This document shows, in pieces, positions 51,671-63,790 of a stretch of 64,000 bases of DNA. The notes under the pieces are model-generated. The model saw only the letters and a program-made list of their open reading frames with translations, was not told the DNA's origin and ran no database searches. The stretch is from Epithemia pelagica. Taxonomy: Eukaryota; Protista; Bacillariophyta. Position 1 is the first letter of the stretch. Each line of letters opens with the position of its first letter. The stretch covers positions 3,286,001-3,350,000 of the forward strand of contig OX337237.1 in assembly GCA_946965045.2 (NCBI GenBank), given 5' to 3'. Made by a program: the position numbers and the translations under genes.

Positions 51671-53730
51671 CGTGATAGTTGCTTTTCAGAAGCTTGTTCT
51701 TTTGAATATAAGAGTTTGCAAAACATTTGCGAAAGGCACTTTGGGAGTAATCGGAGACTTTTCTCAAGTCCCAAGCACCGTCTAACACTCGGGACAGGAA
51801 TCCGCAAATTACGGTAGTGGATTATGTCTGATACTACCCAGCGTCATTCCACGACTCTTTGCCTCGTTCGGTCGTGTGTCATGAGAGAAAGATCAGTTTA
51901 TCTGGAGGAAAAGAAAGTGCCAAACACACACAGGCCACGCCAACGGCCAGTTTGGACAAATTAATAAGGTATCAACTTTTGAGAGCGAATCTAGGAAGAC
52001 GACACTATTCCGGGGGTCTTTTTATTACAACCTTCTACCGCGAGAAGGATCCCTCTACATCGAAAACAGGCTGCATGATGTTTGATGTCTGAGGAACCAT
52101 CAGTTACAAAGTATTCTGTATTTTTCCACTATAGCCCTGACAAAGTTCGCATACACGAAATACAACCAGCTCATCTCATCACACCGATGCAATCCGTCGA
52201 TGTGGATGGGGTCGCAGAACACAGAATGTTTATGTTGTGTGGTCGGTGGTCGGTGGTCTGTTCCCTTGTCTGTCAGTGTCAGGTGTCAGGGCTGCAAGCT
52301 GTAACGCTGGATTTGACGGGATGACAGAATGATCTATTTTTAATTTTCTGACGGAATCTTTACTGGCTTTTTAGCGCTAGTGCCTGCGAACTACTCCTAG
52401 CTAGACGATATTCATGCGGTGAGGCAATTCATATTTGCCTGGACATGGGACAAAAGATTGTTTAAGGTACTCCTACGATCAATCCCTTTTGTCTTCTGCA
52501 ATGAAATAATAAGCTACCCTAGCTCCACTTACCTGAGTATTCTAGGAGTAGGAGCAATGGACATGGTACTCGTATCATCGTCATTCGGTTTTGGTCAGAT
52601 GTCACATTAGTAAATTGACCAAGAATCGCTGATGACCATTTTTTTGTTGGGAGTGAAATGTGACTGGTGACTGAGAAACAAAAGAAATAAACATAGTGTC
52701 ATTGGTCATAGTGTTGCTTAACTCATAATAGAAAGGCATCCCAATTCCCAATCCCAGACATCCCAGATCCCAGCCGACTCTGCTTAAAGCTTAATTTTTA
52801 AGGGACCCAATAAATAATCAGGTCCACAACCAAGGTACCTTGGACGCAATCAACAACCATAAAGAGAGATGATATAAAAGTTAGGAGTAATCGTTTTAGG
52901 TGTACTTGGCTTCTCTACTCTCTCCGTCGTACAGAGCTACCTGTAAGACACCATAATGAACATTCAACTAAAGTCTGAACAAAATGAAACTACATTCTTT
53001 TTATGATCCTATAAAACTTTCAAGGAAAGCGGAATCTCAATCATGCGACAGGGTATCTCTAGACAAGTCTCACTCCCAAAGATTGAGTCAAGAGCTTTTC
53101 ATTTGCTTTCAAATTTTTGTCTTCTTTCAGTTTCCTGAAAATTATAGTTGTTCGTAGATGACACTAAGCTTCATCAAGGACAGATAGTTAGCTACCTTAG
53201 CTCCCCTGTTCCGTCGAAACACAGCTTGAGCATTGAGCAGTATTATAAACACACACGGGACTCGAACAAATTCTCGAAATGAACGCTCCGTCAAGAAGAA
53301 GTATAAAAAATAATAATGTCTTTCTCACACCAAACACTAGACACTAACCGTTTTCCACAGATTTCTCGTGTCTGCGCTGTGATTTTTTTCTGCATGTTTT
53401 TGTGCTTTACACTTTACACCCATACGACGTCGATCAGTTCCTAGCACGAACAAGTGAAGTAATTTTATGTGTTAACTGAATTGACTTTGACTGCTTTCGC
53501 CAGGGAGTGGGCTTTTCTTTGTCTTGTGTCTTGTGTCTTGGCCGTCTTCTTAAATGTGATGGTTAATGGTTAGTATATTACTATTTCGTGTGGGACATTT
53601 TGGACAATAGATCGATGATAGACGACGACCGAACTCTGTCGTCCCCCACGGGAGCGACCCTAAGGCGATCTATGAGCTCTTGTGTAGACCACCGGGTTCG
53701 AGTCCCCACCGTGCCTTGTTGGGTTGGGAG

Positions 53731-54835
53731 CAGGGTATTGAAGGCATACCGGTTGACTTTTGACTTCATGACATTAAGTCATAACTTTTGACTTTTTTTA
53801 CAAAATCAAGTCAAAGTCACGTCCCTTTGGTACGACTTTTCTGAACGAATTCAAATCAACCTATATTTTGTACGATTTTTTCTCTGAAGTCAAAGTCAAA
53901 TCCAAGTCACTCTATCTAGGAACGAACTTTTTTCATACCAAAATCATTGACTTTTGGGGGGTTTTCTCGCTCAAAATCAAATCCAAAGTCACGACATTTT
54001 TTGAATGACTTATTATCCAAAGTCAAGTCACCGTGCCTCATTTACTGACTTCTTTACAGAGAAGTCAAGTCACGGGCGTCTTTCCCCACTGACTTAAAGT
54101 CAGTCCACGCAATATCAGTACTAACTTTCCCTATACTGCTGGTGAGATAATGACTTGGTTCAAGCTAGGTCGAAACTTGGAGAAACATGGTGTGATGGGA
54201 TATGGGATATGGGATAGTGAGATGTGTGATGGTCGATGGTCGATGGTCGATGCTGGAGAAGGTCAATGAAACTTGTAGTGTATGAATAGAAGAGAGATGG
54301 GAGATGAGAGAGTGAGTTGAGGGTTGAGGTTTGAGGTGCATGACGGTGATACTGCCAACTTCTGCGGTATGTATCATGTATCATGTAGACAAAGTCATGA
54401 CTTAAGTCATACAAAAAGTCTGACTTTTGGCTTGACTTAAGTCAAACGAAGGTAGAAAAAGTCAGGAGAAAAGTTAAGTCATGGGGGTATCTTGACTTTG
54501 CATCGTGGACGAAGTCAAGTCAATAAGGTGCTTGACTTGACTTTTGTTGAATAGTCAAGTCATGAGATGAGAATGTATGACTAAGTCAGATGAAGTTAAG
54601 TCATGAGTGGGGCGCGCGTGACAAGAAAAGTCAAAGTTAAGTCGTTGTGAAATTATCAATGGCTTAAAGTCAGAAGTGAAGTTGGGGTAATGATTTGTAT
54701 GATTATTAGTTAGACATTGAAATCAAGGGTACTGTTATGATGACTTTGGAATGGAAGTTAAGTTCGTATGAAAAAAAATCTGACTTTAAGTTAGAAGTCA
54801 AAGTCACAACTGGATTTCATAACTTCAATACCCTG
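53731..54835. mobile_element. Non-autonomous hAT-like DNA transposon (1105 bp)
   Basis: Perfect 13-bp TIR CAGGGTATTGAAG / CTTCAATACCCTG. 8-bp TSD GTTGGGAG at 53723-53730 and 54836-54843. Dense subterminal AAGTCA/TGACTT repeats; no transposase ORF. Confidence 0.93.
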
Positions 54836-55350
54836 GTTGGGAGTTGGGAGGGCCATTTCCAGGGCCCGGAAAAACGGTCATCTGTGTGTGGCCCTCGTCA
54901 CCGGAGGGCTGCTCCCCCGCGTCGAAATGGCGCCAGGGCAGTCGGTCGACCTTACCCACTCTGACGGGAGGGCGCGGCAGCTGAAATAGATTGGATCCTT
55001 TTTGTTTAGAGCGAGAATAAGAAGAACTACCTCAGTGTTGACCTCGATTTGACATGCCCTCTCTTGCTGGGGATCATCCATGTCCAACTTTCCTGTTTCT
55101 TTTCTAAAAAAATGAAATAAAAGGTTATCTTCTAGGTTTAACTCGTACGCTTCAAGTAGCACAAGTAACCTAAAAAGTCGACGAAATGGCGCCGAGTAAG
55201 TTCCTACGTTTTGAATAGTTCGTTCCCGTGACGGGAACGAGTATGTGGTTCTTCCATAAGTCAACGTTGCGATCCCGCCAATGGAATGGCTGTTGAGTGC
55301 GTTCGATCAATCGGAAATCTTTCTCTCATAATTGCAACGGTTGTTCAGTT

Positions 55351-57982
55351 TCAGTTTTTGGGGAACCAAACAAGATACTTGATATCCTGTAGTTGACTTG
55401 GATCGTATATAGATGAGAAAGGCTCTACCTCAAACTGGTTTGAGATCACTCGAAACTGGGAAGACCCAAAAACTGGGAAGCGCAAAGACAAGAACACCTG
55501 GTGTTGCTCGAGTTGGGGAACTGGAGAAAGCATGGCTTTGCTCGACCGCTGAACTTGATCCGCAACCATTTGCATCCGTGAAATATCCTCTTCAGTGGCA
55601 CAAAAATCTTGCAATGGCTTGTCAATGATATCGGCGTCCTTGATTCCCCACATGTTTTCCAATATGGGATGGACATGAATGACCATAAAAGGAGATTTCG
55701 AAAGAGTTATCACAATGGGCCTCTCTGTACCCCCAAGTCCCTGTTTTTGTTGCACTGGTGGATCCGGTGATCTTCTTGGAAAAGGAAATTGTAAGTTCAA
55801 TTCCTGTTCAGGAGTCAACTTCATTCCCGTAGCTGATCCTTGATGTTTGGTCTCCTCTTTACCTTCATCGTAAAGATCGGACTTGAATGGAGTAGGACCA
55901 GCACCGTCGTGCCCCCAGTTATCAAACACTGTTGCCCCTGCGAATTTGGCATGACAAGAACGAAGCAATTCATGGTAAATGAGTTCTTGCCCTGTATTCA
56001 CATTGATCCTCTCAGCTTGTGCAATCACTTACCTTCTCTTCTTTGAATACTAGGGCTTGCAGTCAGTTTCTGTTGCTCTGGAATGTGGATGTGTCCACGG
56101 GTTTCATTGGGAGCCGTATTAAAATAAGATGGAAACGTTTCATTCACCGGAATCTCCTGTCGCGAAGAAAAGGACGGCAACGAAGGCGAAAATGTGCTAA
56201 CACTACGAGAACCTGGCCCCGCAGCGACTTGTCCTCTCAAAACAGAAGGAAATTCTTGTTGTTGTGAGAATAGCGACTCCAAAAGGGAGGCTTCTGGTTG
56301 CTGATCCTGTGAATATACTTGATGGTGGGAACGTTTCCGGCCTGACAATGCCGTCAAGTCTTGGTCTTGGTAGGGGGGTGCTTGTGTGAACGTTCCATGC
56401 AATGTGGACTCTGCGTTTGCTACTTCGGAGGGTTGCTACGAAAGAAGACGATCCAATCAAGAGCATGAGATATGAACATGACAAAAGTACATTGATGGTG
56501 ACGTTTGCTTACCAGTCTGCCTCCCGTAAGACCACGGTTGTGGAGCCCAAAACTCAAGTTGTCGTGTCCGTGCATACTGCTAGGACTTGAACTCATTTGC
56601 CCTCTCTGGAGTGGGGAAAACGAAGTGTGATAAGCTTGATTCTGAACAGATGGGACTGACTGCCATGGAGTTGGTGGCTGCTGCTGTTGTTGCGGTTGCG
56701 GTTGATAAATGTGGCGCACAGAGGGCATGCCGAACTGGGACGAATCACTTGTGTAACTTGATTGATGTGCCCAATCACCACCTCTTTGCGGATGAGAGAG
56801 AGCTGCTCGGGATGCTGTAACATCATGATTGCTGTACGGTCCAGTGGCAGTGAATAATGATTCTGAGGGTGCAATGGGACGAGGCTCCATATTGTCCCAC
56901 CATGATAGATCGGCCCCACGCTGTTCGGATCTCGAGAGCAATTCGGTTCCAGTTTCATGTCTATCGCGACTCAAAGGTAGCTGCTGTTGAGGTCGCTGAG
57001 GTGCGACTGATACGGGTGGTAAGGTTGAAATGGGCAACGGCGCATAGATATCTTCGGTCGGTTGTGTCGGTTCGGGGGGCTTGGTCTGTTTGCTCGTGCG
57101 CAATCTTCTACGGGGACGAATCCATGGACGGGGACGACGAGGCGGCTGGTGAGCTGACGCTTGCTTCTGCTGTTCTTCACCTGAAGGTGCGAGTCCCTCC
57201 GACGTATCCCCCGAGTTCTCTGACTGCAATGCAGTCCTAGCCCGGGTCATGAGGTCTTGAGTTTCGCCTGGTGCGAATGCCGAAGGAAAAAATTGCTGAG
57301 ACTTGACCAACTTGCGTGCGATTTCCACATGTTCTTCTGCCGAACGTGGAAGCTCAGGGTACTGGGAGAAGTCTGGATCGGGCAAGGTAAGAACTCGACC
57401 TCGTTTCTTTTCCCGAATTTCCTTCTCGGTGGCTCGTTGAATATCGAGACAAAGATCGTGACGTGTCCGCAAAAACATGGGGTGATAATAGACAGCCGCA
57501 ACGGCAGAGGCACCCACTGCCGATCGACTGGCGTCGCCTGATGATGTTGGATCCTTGTCGACACTTGATCTCCGGATGCTACTGCTGCTCAGTCGTTGAA
57601 AGCCGTAGAGATTCAGCTGTCGTTGAAAACTTGCAAAGTGAGACTGCCGAAAGAACCTTGGTAACACTTTCTTGACAAATTTTTCTCGACTGTGTACGGC
57701 AAATGCGCGGCCATGGGGTTCCCAGGAGCAAATAGAATCATATTCATCGACTTCTGCAAGGGTTAACATGGCATGAAGAACCTCGGGAAAATGAGTGCTA
57801 ATGCCTCCTCGATATTTTGGCTGTGATGAATCTGATGCCGGAGCAGGTGCATTCGAATAATCTCGATAGGACACCAATGCCAACGCTTCTTCGTCATCGG
57901 CCGGAACTTTTTGTTTTGAGGTCTCTGACATGCCGAACTTTAACGAAAGGACGCTTTCTGGAAATGGAGTTGGGTAAGGCAT
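55351..57982 (-). CDS. HSF-type transcription factor 3 with a predicted C-terminal PAS-like domain; exons 57982(or 57931)-56513, 56435-56033, 55937-55351
   Basis: HSF DBD THFPEVLHAML..FRQSHFASFQRQLNLYGF..YYHPMFLR. Introns 56436-56512 and 55938-56032 both have GTAAG donors and phase-compatible AG acceptors. The last exon contains RPIVITLSKSPFMVIHVHPILENMWGIKDADIIDKPL. Confidence 0.78.
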
Positions 57983-58724
57983 TTAGTTTTCATTAATCCG
58001 TCAACTGTTGCAAAGACGTGAGCCATCAAAATATGGGACAATCGTTGCTTTTTATGCATTTCGTTTCAGAAGGTCGGAGTTGTGGTGCCGTCCTCTGTTT
58101 TTTATTGTATGTGTGAAGGAGTCGACATCGCCCACATTTTCTACTTGCAACTGTGCATTTTTTCGTACATTACCATTGCACTTTGGGCATACTACAGCAG
58201 TCTTTTTGATCAATTATTGAAGACCATTTTCCATCCCCACATTCTTTGTTAGGAAGTAGTGGGCAATTGCTGATGGCTAACCCCCAAAGTCTTTCAGTGG
58301 CCCCAACCATTTCGAACTTTCGGACGAATGCCTTCTCACTCGTGATGGGCATTGGCGATGAAAACCGTTGGGTCAGATCGTGCCTGGTTCATCGTCATTT
58401 AGAATCAATCGCCCTATGCCCAAAAGACCGTCTCGACTACTCTATCACTATCAAATCAACTACTCCATCTTTTCTGTATCAAATTGGATAAACAGCAAAG
58501 AGTGTGGAGGCTAGTTTAGGTTTTTCTATCCAAAGATTTTGGAGTGTTCTACCTTTATCACTCGTCGTCCTACCCTTCCCCACTCACTGAGCACTCACTG
58601 AGGAGTAAGTCACTCCCCACACTCCCACTACCTAAGCCCCAAAAATTACTGTACTTCGATTTTTTATTCTACTCGTAGTGTTGTGTAGGAGTTCCCATTG
58701 TGTTGGTGCTTGCTGCTGTGTTCT

Positions 58725-58954
58725 CAGGGTGACCGTTTAGACAGTCTAAAATATTTCGGGTCTAGAATAAATCTAAAAGTACTTTTAGACTGTATAAAAT
58801 GTCTAAAACAGGGTCTAAAATCTCTCCGTGGTTTTGTAAGGGTTAAGGTTAAGAGTCTAAAAATTTTATTTTAGACTCGACCTCTGTCTAAAATAATTAT
58901 ACCCTTTTAGACCGGGTCTAAAAGTGGGGGTATAATTAGACTCCGGTCACCCTG
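58725..58954. mobile_element. 230-bp MITE with CAGGG termini
   Basis: 11-bp TIR CAGGGTGACCG / CGGTCACCCTG. Flanking direct repeat GTGTTCT at 58718-58724 and 58955-58961. Internal GTCTAAAA/TTTTAGAC repeats. Confidence 0.85.
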
Positions 58955-59508
58955 GTGTTCTGTGTTATGTGTTGTCTTGTGTCGCTCGTGGTCGGGTCGC
59001 GAGAGGAGTGGGAGATGGAAGATATAAGTATTCTGTCACACTATTTATGCAACAAGCACGCCTCGGAGTTTGATTGGCATCCAATAATTGTGAGACAAAT
59101 GATACTTAGCACCAATCACGACTCACGACTCGTGTCGATATCAGACCAACTGAAGAATATGCCGAACTTTTTATGCCTCTACCGTCTTCTAAGGACTACA
59201 ATGCATGGAATCCTGTCCAGCAATCGTCCCCCCCCCCCCTATGGCATCATAGCTGACAGTCCTCACATATTGTTTTGTTTGAACCCGAGAGAGCTTCGCA
59301 GTTTGCCTCAACGAGGTTCCCTATCTCCAGGATGTGATCTCTTGAGACAAATCTAACGCCACGAGCAAGAGCTAACCAAAACTATCAAGTCTAGTCTAAA
59401 AGTTGATGGTGGCGCGACTGTCCTTCTCGTACCCGTCGTCCTCTCTGTGGCAGGGTGACGGCAACTGCCCTTGTCGTACCGATTGTCGTCTCTCAACCTT
59501 CCATGCCA

Positions 59509-62500
59509 TCAAGTCGAGTCTTGCTGTGATTTCTCCGAATGTTTGTCGTCTTGTGTGATCTTTTCAGTAGCAGTAGCACCATCTCGGCCTAGAGAGGATA
59601 ACGAGGCAGTAGACGAAAACGTCTTTTTCAAGAGAGGAAAGTTGGTGACGGCTGCCTTACTACTTGAAAAGAGATTGGAGACAAAGTTGCTTTTCCGCAT
59701 CAAAGATACGTGATGACGAGCCGCTGCTAGTTGTTGTGCCCTGGCGTTTCGACGATCGAGCTCCTCTTGTTGATCGATTGATATACTCGATGCCTGGTAC
59801 AGTCGTTCCGTCGCACCTTGCCAGGTCAAGGCCTGGTGATGAATCGGCGATAAGGGTTCAGGGTCGTGTTCCAAGGCATAGACAAGTTGCTGCACACATT
59901 CTTGCGATGTTTCGTACGTCAGACAATTGGGAAATTGGAAAAAGAATTCATTCGAGGCTACAAATTCAAACACCAACCGTTGACGAAAAGGGCACTGAGT
60001 GTTTTGAAATGGACATCTTCCATCATTCGAGAACGAACTAGATACGTACCATGTTTCGGCAAAATCACAAATTTACCCATGGCCAAGGCTTCGGCCGAGG
60101 TAGTGCACAGAACTTCCGTGGTGGACATGTTTAGAAAGATTTGCGGCTGGTTTCGGGTACCACGTAGCTCGGCATGATCCTTGACACCCAGGAAACGTGC
60201 CGGAATCGCATGCTTCCTCCATTTGAACCGTGATCGAGCTGGCAAGAATTGAAAGGGCGCAGCCGCCGCCGCGGCCGCTGCTGCAGCAGCCTTGCGGGGA
60301 GACAGCGAATTGCTCAACAAGCCAGACGTAGGGGACTGGGGCCGACTCGAAGGTGGCGAAGCCGCAGAGGCAATCTTCCTGGTAGCCGTCTCGTCAGTGT
60401 CGAGTTCTTCATCTTGCACTGGTTTACCATCATCCTTGTTTTGAGCACGTTGTCGATTGTGATTTCCAAACCATCCACCAAAGAGGCCTCCGCCCCAACA
60501 TCCACCACCACCACTACCAGATCGTCCTTGTGAATCGTCCATGTTTCCCGGTTCGCCTTGAGCCTGTTGTTGACTTGGTGACAAGGGTGCTTGTACTTGT
60601 TGTGATTGTTTCTCGTCCGATTGACAGCAAAAGACGGATTCCATCAACTGCATGGAGGCTTCGGCTGTTACCACACCAGACTGGACCACTTGTTCCGTCA
60701 AATCTCCCAGGACATCGACGGGTGGTTGTGGCAGGAGCGGTGATGAGGCATCCTGACTTGGACTTACGGCACGAGTTCCCTCCTCAGTGTCCGAACCCAC
60801 ATCGGAGGGAGTAGTATCTGATGCCAAAGAGGATTTTGCTGTGGAAGCTCCTCCATCTTCTGGTTGCTGTTGCTGCTGAACCACTTGTTGTCGAATCGAT
60901 TCAGTGGTTTGTAGCACTTCTGCTGCAGCGGCATCGTTCTTTTCGGTGCTGCTGGCACTGCTGTTGCTCCGGGCAAGCCTTGTAGCTTTGTTGGACAAGG
61001 ACGATGATGATCCTTGTTGGGGTCCTCCTCGTCGTCCCCAAAAGGCCAATTGAATGGCTTGCATATCGTTGCCATTGCCATAAATATCCATGGGAAAGTA
61101 GGCCCCCGTCAAAGCCTTGTATTGTTCTTGAATTTGCAAGACCTTGTCAAATCCCTTGGCCCAAATGACCTTGCCAATAAAGTAGACTTGCGCAGAAGTA
61201 GTAGTGTCCGTCTCATCCTTGAGGGGTATGGTACCTTCTCCGGACATGTCTTGGTTGTCTTGTGGACTGTCCTCCGTTTCTGGCTCCACCACTGGTTCTA
61301 AAAATTCGTTTCGAACACCATGAACATTGCAGGTCAACTCGACAAAGGGAGGGCTCTCTTCCGTGGTAGTAGTAGGAATAGTAGTTGGTTTGGTGGGTTC
61401 GACCACAGGGGTGTCCTGTTGGATCGATTCGTGCCCTTTGGGTTCCGCTGATGGATCCCCACCCGTACTGCCCGTACTATTATTATTAGTATTGTTGTTG
61501 TTGCCGTTCGGAGGATGGGCGACGAGACTGGGCAGGGTGGAGGAGAGTTTAATGACGACATGACAATAACTCTTGAGGGTCAAGGCGGAGAGGGCATTCA
61601 AGGCCTTGGCCGTGACAAAGGCACCTCCGTATTGACTGAGGTAGGCGGCATAATTGGTGTGTAAAATGCCCACGACGTGACGAAAATAGAAGGCCCAGCC
61701 CCACAGGCGGCGTTCCTCCACAGTAGTGGCTTGTTCTTGCGTCGTAGTAGTATCATTCGTAGTCGAGACTGGTGCGTCCTGTGGCTCCTCTTTTTCTTCT
61801 TCTTTAGTTGGTTGTTCCTTGGCCACATCCCCAGCCGCACCGGCATCACCAATAGTACTAATAGTATTAGCAGTAGTATTCGGAATATTATCCTGTGGAT
61901 GATCGAGGGGTCGAAACCAATTCAAATGTTCGGGTTCTTCCAAAATGGCCACATCGGCTCGGTGGGGTGGAATGAGGGTCAAAATGTCTAAAATGTCTTG
62001 TTTGGGAAAAATGGATCCAAAGCCGGCATTGTACGTGGCCTTCCAAAAGGCAATTTCCAATCGGGCCACATGGTCCTCTGTGTAGATAGTAGAGATACGT
62101 AAGATGGTGGGGAGCGAGGTTAAACACAAAAACACAATAGAGATACAGAGGGAAAGCACAACAACAAAATGTGAGACCAGGCACACGCCGAGAAGAACCA
62201 CAGATTGCAGAGACAAGGAATCCTTGTGTAGAACGACAAGATGTCGTGTCCCTACAAACACAGGACACGCAAGTCATGGATCACAAGCGGTTCCAGATGT
62301 TGTTTTTGTTGTGCCAGGGTGACACTTGGTACACGTACCGGAACATTGACACTGCGTGCGACAATAGGATCGAATCCAGGCTTCTTGATCGGCGGGTTGG
62401 TCAAAGACGTGTTGTCGACCGTACAATTGGAGTCGTTGATCGTCCTGGGTCAACCAGGGTAGTAACAAGGTGACGCGGTGATACGACGGTTTGTTGGCGT

Positions 62501-62819
62501 TGTGGTTATCATTGTCACAACCAATGGGTGTCTGACAGAGGGCCAAGGCGCGCAAGAGTGGATTAATGGCCGTGCCCGTCCGCCAGGGCAAGGCGGCTGT
62601 GGGAACAATCCAAATATCGCGAGGACGACTCGACAAATCCGAGTTCCAAGTCGTTGTGGACGGTCGTAATGGCGGTGAGGAAAAAGATGAGGGAGTGGTG
62701 GTGGTGGTAGCAGCCGCCGCTGGTTCGTCCTCGTTCTTGTTGTGGTTGCACGGTTCTTCTTGGTTGTCGCGACGGTCCTGGTCCGTGTCCATTGTTGTGT
62801 CACTTGGTTCCTCTCGCAC
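59509..62819 (-). CDS. DGD1: Digalactosyldiacylglycerol synthase (GT4 family); exons 62819-62339, 62077-60050, 59957-59509
   Basis: TAALPWRTGTAINPLLRA, VAILEEPEHLNW, VVGILHTNY, TCNVHGVR, YFIGKVIWAKGF, EVLCTTSAEALAMGKFV..H|ASNEFF.QFPNC; both introns are GTACGT..AG and in phase. Confidence 0.9.
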
Positions 62820-63475
62820 GCCAATCCTCCTTCACCCACTCAAGACGACGAAATGGGATTGTGTTGAGATTCCTTGCTTGATTCTCTAGCTACCTCTAGG
62901 ATTCGTCTTGAACACAGCGTTGTTGTCTTGTTGTTGTTGTGTTGTGGTGGTGGTGGTTGCATTCGACCGTTGGGCTGCGAGGCGCGCGCGTTACGAGCAA
63001 CTTTTTGGGCGACCTATACGCGACCCCGTCTCAGAACAGTCGCGCGGCGGGGTCCCAAATCACAAATCACGGACACCATGGCGTGCCGTTTGGACTTGGA
63101 CATTGTGGAATGGAAGGGACCCGAGACGAACCAATGAGACTCTAAAATAGTCGTAGTGTGACACTGCGTACGACTACAACCATGGGCACGGACGACGAAC
63201 AAGGTCTCCCACCATTGGAATGACACCTACGAACGAGGACCACAAAAGACAAAAGAATGGCGTCTGTTGTAGGAATTGCTCTTGTTGTTGCTGCTGGAAA
63301 AGAGATGTGTGTAATTTCTGGAGTCGGTTGAGAACGATCCGTGCGGTAGACCAGTACCAAGGTGTGTGTTTGTTGGTCAGTGGCAGTGATTGGACCATAC
63401 GACGACGACGACGACACGTGTCGAATGCCCATTGGCAACCTACTCGTATGTAGTCGACGAAGGAACCATTTGTCT

Positions 63476-63790
63476 CTACCTAGGTAGGTACACACGAGCG
63501 ATGTAGGAGACCAGCATCCTCTCCACCACCCACGAAATGAGAGAACGACGACAAGAACCAGGGTCATTCTTCACTTGGTCGGTCGGTGGGAGCATGGAAT
63601 CTGTTTGGGCAGTTGCCAAAGCAGCGCTCTCGCCACTTTGTCGGTTCTGAACTGTTGTATGTGTTGACGTATTTGGAGGAACGTGTATTCCGGGGATCAT
63701 CTCCTTGGTCGTTTTGCTCTTGGTCGTTGAGAATTCGGAATTCTGCTGGCGAGGTTCATCGTCCTTATTGTATTCTGGTTTCTCGGTGTT
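63476..63790 (-). CDS. Possible 3' exon of a gene entering from the right edge; product unknown
   Basis: Open frame KPEYNKDDEPRQQNSEF..MIPGIHVP..RVYLPR*; no recognisable domain. Confidence 0.25.
   Translation of the reverse strand, partial: NTEKPEYNKDDEPRQQNSEFSTTKSKTTKEMIPGIHVPPNTSTHTTVQNRQSGESAALATAQTDSMLPPTDQVKNDPGSCRRSLISWVVERMLVSYIARVYLPR

Noticed and set aside
51670-53000. Heat-shock elements (nGAAn arrays) upstream of the HSFs for autoregulation
   Set aside because: Only isolated GAAnnTTC dyads were seen (e.g. ~52959), consistent with chance; no three-unit array
53640-53716. Functional tRNA gene
   Set aside because: Acceptor and T stems cannot be paired; kept only as a low-interest relic
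54878-55264. 128-aa ORF next to the hAT element as a possible transposase remnant
   Set aside because: It lies outside the TIR/TSD boundaries and has no BED-finger or DDE motifs
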